Shown here: positions 53,584 through 64,000 of the stretch, in pieces
Layout of the letters: each line of letters begins with the position of its first letter
Numbering within the stretch: position 1 is the first letter of the stretch
Assembly (NCBI GenBank): GCA_951406725.2
Contig: OX597823.1
Coordinates: forward strand, 111,662,001 to 111,726,000
Length of the DNA: 64,000 bases
Source of the DNA: Octopus vulgaris
Taxonomy: Eukaryota
Reading direction: 5' to 3'
Position numbers and translations under genes: made by a program
The notes under the pieces: generated by a model
The model's input: only the letters and a program-made list of their open reading frames with translations
Told to the model about the DNA's origin: nothing
Database searches by the model: none

Positions 53584-54342
53584 ACAAGTCATCTCCTCTA
53601 ATACTCTAACATTTTGCCAATCCATCATCCTAGACTGTCATTATATTCATTGACGCCGAAAGAACAAAGAGTAAAGTTGACATAGGTAAGACTGGGGCTT
53701 GGTGTACAAAGCGACAGAAAAAATAAGTATCTATCTGACAATCTAATATTCATTTAGCCAATTTAATATCCAAATTAAAATATTACCCACTAATTAATAC
53801 TGCTTTGGCGTCATTGCATAATTATCTTTATTCAACATTTTAATGTTACCTGCATGAAGTATATTAATGTAACTTAAGTTCTATTTTTCACACAGAAGGT
53901 GTCCCCAAGTAACTTATTCTTTGAACATATATGCTAGATCATAATGAGGTTCCTTTAGTTTAATTTGTTCAGCGTCACATACAAATTAAAAAATAAATAC
54001 AGAATGAGTGAATTATTCTTTGCAATATAATTTAATAATTTGTCTTTGATACTGTGAACTATATCACCTTCAATAGAGCCTATATATGATCGCTCAATTT
54101 GTTAGAAATAGAAGCCAAATCTTACACAGTTTATACCCAATTATCTCAGAAAAGAAATTAAAGACCCATTGGTTTGTGTAGTCCTAGATAAACTCTATAT
54201 GAATAAAACATATTATAGCTAGAATATCTTTAATCATATATGTTTCATTATACTAATAATGACATTTAGTATTTGATATGTAGATGTCTCTACAACATGA
54301 AAGAAATCCTTATTACTATGATTATTATTATTGTTATTATGG

Positions 54343-54540
54343 AAGGTGGTGAGCTGGCAGAATTGTTACCATGCTGGACAAAATGCCTTCTGGCTTTACA
54401 TTCTGAGATCAAATCCTACCAAGGTCAACTTTGCTTTTGTCTTTTCAGGGTTGATAAAATAAATTCCAGTAGGACACTGGGTCGATATAATCAACATACC
54501 CACTCCCTGGAAATTTCTGGCCTTGTGCCAAAATTTGAAA
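54343..54540 (+). mobile_element. SINE family 2 (short-tail variant), degenerate
   Basis: aaggtggtgagctggcagaattgtta...ctggccttgtgccaaaatttgaaa. Confidence 0.7.
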
Positions 54541-54798
54541 TTATTATTCAATCACTTTTCATGTTATTTTGAATGGCATTTAACCTATGTGAATCAAAGA
54601 AATTTTATAAAGTCAAACAGATGAATGCTACATTTATGACTGGATGATATAATAGTCTATGGCATTAGCTCTCCATTAACAGTAATTTCAAAGATTAACT
54701 GTAGAACTCAAGTGTATATCTCTCTTGAGTTTGGAGGCCCTTCGATGATATGTACAGGTTAACTTTCAGTTGTTGCTTGTACTCATTTTGTACTGAGT

Positions 54799-55519
54799 GA
54801 CCTGAAACAATATCTAGTGAAGTGCCTTGCTCAAGGACTCAACATACTGCATACTCCAAGAACTGACTTCACAAACATACACTTATGAGCTTTACACCCG
54901 AACCATTTAGACATGTATTTATGAAAGCCAATAAAATCCCTCGTCAATTTTACACTGGTAATACAGTTTACCACAGGGAATTACACTAACATCTTTGTAC
55001 CTAGGGGAAATCAACAGTTTGAACATAACTATCTTTGTATCTAGCACAGCTCAATGACAGTAGATCAATCTGAACCAACAAACGATATATTGGTTGTTTG
55101 GTTACTATCTTGGCAACCCAGCATCACTGGGGTTCTTATAGCTAGTGTAGAGCAGTTATGACCTGAAACAATATTAAGTGAAGTGCCTTGCTCAAGGACT
55201 CAATACACTGCATACTCCAGGAACTGACTCCACAAACATACACTTATGAGCTTTACACCCAAACCATTCAGTCATGTATTTATGAAAGCCAATAAAAAGC
55301 CTCGTTAATTTTACACTGCTAATACAGTTTACCGCAGGGAATTACACTAACATCTTTGTACCTTGGTGAAACCAACAGTTTGAACATAACTATCTTTGCA
55401 ACTGGCATAACTCAACGACTTTAGACCAATCTGAACCAACAAACGATATATTGGTTGTTTGGTTACCATCCTGGCAACCCAGCATCACTGGGGTTCTTAT
55501 AGCTAGTGTAGAACAGTTA
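54799..55519 (+). repeat. Tandem duplication, 2 x 361 bp
   Basis: gacctgaaacaatat starts at 54799 and 55160; both units end ...ctggggttcttatagctagtgtaga(g/a)cagtta. Confidence 0.9.
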
Positions 55520-56409
55520 AAAACCATTCCATAATATAACAGAGCCATGTACAAAGGTGAACAAATTACATTTACATATATAAAGTTACATTATATACAA
55601 CACGTAACTTGATTGAAATGAGAAAGTGTTCAAAGAACATTCTGGACTTTGTACACAAAAGTAAATCATTGTATGTTGGATAAATGTTTGTGTGGGTTTT
55701 AATATGTCAACCTTAATGAAGCAAACCTGTAGCATATTTCAATAAAAGAAGAAAGGGCTATTGTACAATGCTGACAACAATGGATCGTGAATATCACAAT
55801 AATGTTTGCTTATATCTATAAACTGGTAATTAATATGCATATGTGTGTGTGTGTATGTATGTATGCATACAAGTGTGTATCTGTGCATAAGTATGTGTGC
55901 GTGTATTTCTATGTTTATCAACTTCATATCTATCTTTTCAACAATCTATATCACAATTCATAATACATACACCGCATGCATATATATAAATGATTGCCTT
56001 ATATATTTGTGTGTGACTGCATGTATGTATATATATACGCATATAAATAAATCTATTTATCAATCAATTTATCTATCTATCAATCTATCTCTCTATCTAT
56101 CTATCTATCAATTTATCTATCTATCAATCTATCTATCTATCTATCTATCTATCTATTTATTTATCTGTCTATCTATCTATATAGATAGATAGATAGATAG
56201 ATAGACAGACAGACATACAGACAGATAGATAGACATGTTCACACTCTCACATATGACATACACATAGATATATATGAATATATTTATCAGTCTATTTCTT
56301 TGTCTGTCTGTCTATCTGTCTATCAGTTTTCTATCTATCTACCTATCTATCCATCCCTCCATCTTTATATATATATATAGATGTAGGTATAGATATAGAT
56401 ATATATACA

Positions 56410-56486
<77 letters not shown>

Positions 56487-58780
56487 GTGTGTGTGTGTAT
56501 GACTTCATAATTTCTAAATATTGTGTAATTAATTATATTTCATGTAGCTGTATATGAAGGTTGTGTGGTAGTATTGCACAAAACTATTTGTTGAAAGAGT
56601 TCATATCTAGAAAATGTTGTACAGCTTCTAATAAAATAATGCGTGTGAATGCATAAATATTTATACACACACATACATCCACACACACACACACATACAA
56701 TTACGCACACGTATATGTATTGTCATCAAAGTATAAATAATTGGTAAAGCCACAGATTCAGCACCATCTCCCCTCTTCCGCCTTCATCTTACTGCAGCCA
56801 TGACGACCAAATGACAATAAACTCCACAAGAGTTTGAATTTGTAGAACAGTCGTCATACATAATTGTATGTCAGTGGTGTTGGTGTTGGTGGTGTTGCTG
56901 CTGATGGTGGTGGTGGTGGTGGTGGTGATTATGATGATGATGATAATCATGATGATGATGTTGACAATGTGTTTGTTGTTGTTATCATTGTTGTTGTTGT
57001 TGGTTGCATCTTTGTTTTTGCTATTGTCGTTGTTCCTGTTGGTATAATGGTAGTTCAGGTAATGATGGTGGTGGCAGCGGTAGCAGAGGCAGTGGTGGTG
57101 ATGGTGGTGGTGGTGGTGATGGTGGTAGTGGTAGTGGTGGTGGTGGAGCGGGAAGTGTGTGGAGCAACAGAAGATGCACTGAAGGATGGGGGTGGGCGGG
57201 GTGGGAGAGAGAGAGAGGGAAGCAGAAATAACGGTATGAGTTGATATGATATCAAAAGCTTTCGCACGGACTGGGAGGGTGGTGGTCGTGGCGGAGTGGA
57301 AAGAAGTAAAGCGATATAGCAGCAATAATATATTTTGATATCGAAGTGATAACGAACAATGAAATCAATTATATACTTTAATATCAAAGAGATAGCAAAT
57401 GAGCCATTCACAAGTCTGTATTAGAAACGGAAATCGCTATCGGAGAAAAAATTTGCCCCCCTCCGTTGTGAAATGTTGACAAGCAATAATGTAGAAGTCA
57501 ACTAGGTTGACCAATCAGTGAATGAGTCTTGAATCAAGAGTTAATGAATCAAATACAAATTGAAAGAAAGTCATTGGCGGGTGACACGCACTGATGGGGA
57601 AGGGGAGGTGGGGGGTTGCTGAACGGCAGAGGGGTGGGGCCGAGCGGTGAACATATTATTGCGTAAAACGACGATGGAACTGCAATCTGTTGAAGTAATT
57701 TTACTGCTGCTCCCGCTGCTGCTGCTGCTGCTGCTACTGCTGCTACTGTTATGACTACTACTATTAGTAGTAGTAGTGAGAAAGTTGTTTTATTGGCCAC
57801 AAGGGCTCATATACAGAGTACAAAAGCAGATTGTAAATGATACAGTGGGTATATGCATATTTATGTACATGTATGTATGCATGTATAAATAAAATATATA
57901 TACATATGTACGTATGTATGTGTGTGTATATAAATATATATATATATATATACATTTCTTTCTAGAAAGTTTTGTAGCATCCTGATAAAAGATTTTATAA
58001 CTTTTTAAGAAAATTATTTGAAAGAAAACAAATCCCTTTTATATATACATACATATATATATATATATATATACACACATACATATAACATATATAATAT
58101 TTATATAATATATATAATATAATACATATGTGTGTGTGTATGTTTGTATGTATAAACAATATAAAACACACATATACAATGTATGTATTATGTTCATTAT
58201 GTTTCTGAAGGACTGTGTGAGAGAATGTATTCTCATGTACACGTAAGTGTGTTTGTGTTTATATATAAATCTCTCTATATATATATATACACACACACAA
58301 ACATATATAGACATAGATATAGATGTAGATATCTCTTCTCTTTTCTTTTTTTCTTTTATTTGTTTCAGTCATTTGACTGCACCCAAGCTGGAGCACCGCC
58401 TTTAATCGAGCAACTCGACCCCGGGACTTATTGTACATATCACATATATTGTATGTATGTGTATAAAATATATATGTAGTATACATATAAAATGTATACT
58501 ATATACATATATATGTGATATATATATTTAAATAATGAGGGAGATAAATTAATACTAATTTAAAACCAGTAACCTGTATGTGATATATATATATATAATA
58601 TACATATATGTATTATATTATATATATATATACATATATATATGTATATATATATGTGCATATATATGTATATATATGTATATATATATGTATATATATA
58701 TAATGTATATGTATATATATATATATACATACATACATATATTTGTACATATACATATATATATATACACATACATACAT

Positions 58781-58950
58781 AGGCACAGGAGTGGTTGTGT
58801 GGTAAGTAGCTTGACTTCCAACCACATCGTTCTGGGTTCATTCTCACTGTGTGGCACCTTGTGCAAGTGTTTTCTTCTATAGCCTCGGGCAGACCAAAGC
58901 CTTGAGTGGATTTGGTAGTCAGAAACTGAAAGAAGCCTGTCGTATATATT

Positions 58951-58989
<39 letters not shown>

Positions 58990-59330
58990 ATATATATATG
59001 TGTGTATGTATATATGTGTATATATATATGTGTATATGTGTGTGCGTGTGTGTCTGTATATATATATATATGTATGTATGTATGTATGTGTGTGTAAATG
59101 TTTGTGTGTCTGTGTTTGTCCGCCCCCCACCATCACTTGACAACTGATGGTGGTGTGCTTACAAACCACATGGTTCCGAGTTCAGTCCCACTGCGTGGCA
59201 CCTTGGGCGAGTGTCTTCTACTATAGCCTCAGGCTGACCGAAGCCTTGTCAGTGGATTTGGTAGACGGAAACTGCAAGAAGCCTGTCGAATATATGTATA
59301 TATATATATACGTATGTGTGTGTGTGTGTA
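58781..59330 (+). mobile_element. Two adjacent SINE family 1 copies, both lacking the tail
   Basis: Head aggcacaggagtggttgtgtgg at 58781 and restart aaccacatggttccgagttcagtccc at about 59164. Confidence 0.8.
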
Positions 59331-60052
59331 TATATATATATATACATATTTGTGTATATATGTTGCAGTTGTCTATCAAAGCACCAATGAAGAAGCATAG
59401 TATGTACATGAAAAATTAATCGAGTAGATTATTCAAGAATGGCAATTTATTCAAAGCATAATAATTTTCCACCAACCATATTTTGGCTTTTTACAGTACT
59501 TTGCATCTTCTGTGGGAAATCGGTACAGATTATTGAATCAGACTCTAAAGATCAAGTCTACTTTAATTTAAGGGCAGCTCAGTCTGATGCAGAAATATTG
59601 ATGATGCTGATAACTATTCCATCTATAATTAGTAAGCTGAGATAATTCAGTTTCTGATCTTGCCTCCAAGCCAACGCCAATTCCTGGACATTTATATATC
59701 TTACTCTAAGCACTCAATGACGGTCGATGGAAAGGAACAAAATAGGTGACACCTAGTTTGTGAAAGGGTATGGATAACTTGGGTTTCATAGCAGGAGTTG
59801 GGCTTTATAGGCTCCTTCCAAATTTTCTTTTTGCTGTGTTACAAAAAATTTCATTGTTTCCAGGAAATTTACTCTCTACTTTTCGTCTGCATCACTAATA
59901 CCTCTCAGTTTCTTGAATGATGAGAGGAAACAATGTCTTGAAGAAAAAAACATACCACAATGATTCTGAAGCTAATACTAGTCACAATATCCTGAGTCTT
60001 TAGTTATACTTTTTAAATAACACATGCACACATGTGTGTATTATTGTTGTTG

Positions 60053-60103
<51 letters not shown>

Positions 60104-60114
60104 TTATTATTATT

Positions 60115-60426
60115 CTATGTTTGACTTTTGCTTTATATTTGTACAAGTTGGCTCCAAGTCTCACCCAGAGACCTCAAGAGACAACAGGGTTGGAAGTTCA
60201 TGTTGTTGTTATGCTTAGTGTGCAATATATTTGGTTTTGTATTTAGTGTTGTACTAGTGAATGTCTAAAAAAAACATACAAAAATTATGTTTGTTTTAAA
60301 ACTTGAGATTACATAGAAAGTATTTTGCGTAGGATATGAGCAGTTCCCATGAGCACTATCTTTTGAATTTCTGCCATTTTTGGGTTTCCTGGTATCTGAG
60401 TTAGGTAGCAATCAGCCCCTTTTGCT
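60115..60426 (-). mobile_element. R4/Dong-like subfamily B, short 3' fragment
   Basis: Matches 18856-19198 (ctatgtttgacttttgc...atcagccccttttgct); flanked by (TTA)n. Confidence 0.88.
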
Positions 60427-60482
60427 GATTATTATTATAATTATTATTATAATTATCATTATTATTATTATCATTATTATTA

Positions 60483-60526
<44 letters not shown>

Positions 60527-60973
60527 GAGTGAGAGAGCAGTTCATGCCATCAAAGTGACACTGGGGTAAAATATATGAAGCCCAATATACCCATCATGAC
60601 TACCCGTCTGATAAAGGTACACCAGGCACATGCATCACAGCCATATGTGCACGAGTTGGTGATCTCATATTAAGATAAACAGCACATGACCTTGCAGGTG
60701 GGGCCCAGTTAGAATTTTCTTCAGGTTGAGTAGCCCATCCCGCTCAAATGGTCCCTGAATAAGGGTTGTTTAAGGATGTTGAAAGAACCACCCATGTTTC
60801 CAGAGGTGAACTATTCAAACCCCAAAGAATCCCTCTCAACACATGGCTATGATGCTCCCCCACTACTTCTGCTCGTGATCAGAGATGCACATATCGTCAG
60901 CCACGAAGGGACATGCTCAACTGGTTAAGGTCAAACAACTGACAAGCAAATCTGTGGTATTGAGCAGAATATT
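60527..60973 (-). mobile_element. Element X, copy 3, truncated at one end
   Basis: Same left end as copies 1 and 2; stops at gagcagaatattt, about 110 bp short of their right end. Confidence 0.8.
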
Positions 60974-60987
60974 TATTATTATTATTA

Positions 60988-61027
<40 letters not shown>

Positions 61028-61079
61028 CATTATTATTATTATTATTATTATTATCATTATTATTATTATTATTATTATT

Positions 61080-62070
<991 letters not shown>

Positions 62071-62083
62071 CATTATCATTTTC

Positions 62084-62184
<101 letters not shown>

Positions 62185-62185
62185 T

Positions 62186-62610
62186 CAGTAGTTTTATTTT
62201 TATAACATACTTTCACTTCATTCTGTGTGCCTTGGGTATGTGCTGTGGTTTGTTGTAATGCTCTTATGGTTACTCTATTGAAAGTGTTTTGCATAGGATA
62301 TGTGCAGTGCATAATAGTGCAATTTTCTGTATGTTATATATTAGTAAGTCCTGGTGTTTTTGCTATGTATTTGTCCGAATATTTTTTATCATACCTAATA
62401 TGCCTACTATGATAGGGATTGTTTCTATTTTTAGATTCCACATTCGAGTTACCTCTGTTTCCAGGTCTTTGTATTTTGAAAGTTTCTCCATTTCTTTTAG
62501 AGAAATGTTGTCATCTGCTGGTATTGATACATCAATTAAAAAGCATTTTTTTTTTTCATGATCTCTGACAACTATATCTGGCCTACTGGCCTTAATTTCT
62601 CTATCTGTGT
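62186..62610 (-). mobile_element. R4/Dong-like diverged subfamily A fragment
   Basis: Similar to 19918-20358 with many substitutions; flanked by (TTA)n. Confidence 0.85.
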
Positions 62611-62670
62611 ATTATTATTATTATTATTGTTATTATGATTATTATTATAATTATTACTATTACTATTATT

Positions 62671-62729
<59 letters not shown>

Positions 62730-62747
62730 CATAGTACTAACTATAAG

Positions 62748-62955
62748 ATGGTGAAGTGGCAGAATCATTAATGCCCTGACACAATATGCTTAGCGGCATT
62801 TCATCCATCTTTACATTCTGAGTTCAAATTCTGCTGAGGTCAACTTTGTCTTTCATCCTTTCAGGGTCGATAAAATAAATACTAGTCAAGAACTGAGATC
62901 GATGTAATCAATTTTGTCCCACCCCTCAAAAAACGTCTGTACCAAATTTTGAAAC
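62748..62955 (+). mobile_element. SINE family 2, degenerate
   Basis: atggtgaagtggcagaatcatta...gagttcaaattctgctgaggtcaactttgtctttcatcctttcagggtcgataaa. Confidence 0.7.
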
Positions 62956-64000
62956 CATTATTATATTCCTGACTAATCATGTAAATCAGCCCAGATATAG
63001 GAAAAATCAATGATTAAAGTTAATTCCAGCTGAGATGGTAATAACCACAGTTAAACCACATTGTCCAATTTTGCTGCTGCCAATCCCCAGTGGTCATGAA
63101 ACTATTTGCAATTTTTGTCAAGTATTGTTGGCTTCTCAAAGCTGTTAGCAACACACTTTGAGAAATCACGACTGTTTCTCATTGACAAGAACATGTTGAA
63201 AAGGAAGCAAGTTGTGATCTATAATGTGATTGAACAAAAGATGTTGAGGATTCTAAACTAACATTTGCTCTCAGTGTTGCGATGTAACTAGGTTTCACTT
63301 AAAGGGATTTTCCTCTTAGACCTGGGCTTTTGCAAGATCCTGTGTCTGATGGCTTTGATACTGATTTGAGTATGCAAAGGAAAGGCTTTTAACTCACTGG
63401 AATATCACTGGACCACATCCCTGTCACTGTAGCTATGACAGCATTATAGAATCTAACCTTTAAGACAGAAGAGCAAGATATGAAGGAAATCATCATGATC
63501 AGCATCATTATCATCATCATCATTGTTATTGGTGCTACATGGAGGGGCTGAACCCAAAACCTCAAGGCTGGGGAACAAACTTCTTAACCACACACCCAAG
63601 ACTATCCTGTCTTTTAGTCAGGCATGGTGTACCTGAAAATACATTATCCAATGTGTCTTACATTTTTAAGACAATAAGGATGAAATTTGAAAGAAATTTA
63701 GCTGCTATTTTTAACTGAATGAGCAACCACAAACAGGTTCCTCTCTTGTCTTTTTCTATTAAGTGATTAACACTATCAGCTCCACCCCCTCTATAAAATT
63801 GTAGTCAAGATCATTATTTAAATTATATTGTTTTATCTTCTGTTCTTGCCCACCCTCCCACACACACTCTCTTATCCACCCAATTCTTTTACTTATGGTT
63901 ATTTTGCTTTTACCTTTCAGTTTTTTTGTTTTTTTTTCCTGTTTCCTACTTGTAAGTGTGAGTGTGTTCTTTTAATAATGATGTAGCTTACCACTTGACT

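Noticed and set aside
59439-59645. 68-aa ORF with a hydrophobic N-terminal stretch as a possible host exon
   Set aside because: No recognisable domain or supported splice structure; it would need RNA-seq or BLASTX.

Overview
AT-rich, repeat-saturated eukaryotic (metazoan) DNA. The SINE and microsatellite landscape looks like a coleoid cephalopod such as octopus; this is an inference from repeat motifs, not verified by a search. I see no convincing host protein-coding gene, so the window reads as intergenic or a large intron. Most ORF-track entries are translations of (TA)n, (CA)n, (TAA)n, (GAT)n or (TATC)n tracts, or of SINEs. All recognisable coding sequence is transposon-derived: (i) two 'trains' of 5'-truncated R4/Dong-like RLE retrotransposons of several subfamilies, all in (TAA)n tracts and all in one orientation (18.2-24.5 kb, 60.1-62.6 kb), interleaved with a ~560-bp non-coding TAA-embedded element in three copies; (ii) Penelope-like RT and GIY-YIG remnants; (iii) a HERO-like RLE C-terminus; (iv) a Tigger/pogo remnant. 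Non-coding mobile DNA includes many tRNA-derived SINEs with swappable modules, piggyBac-like MITEs, two long-TIR elements (one with an 8-bp TSD and internal telomeric repeats) and a Helitron-like end. The strongest candidate for something new is a (TA)n-embedded 363-nt unit in 1.5 tandem copies with a 153-bp inverted copy (12668-13374). It carries a minimal hammerhead ribozyme motif with a compensatory U3-A8 core, as in retrozymes and Penelope pLTRs, and weaker hammerhead-like motifs occur in other TA-embedded elements. Coordinates were read by eye; boundaries of degenerate repeats are approximate.
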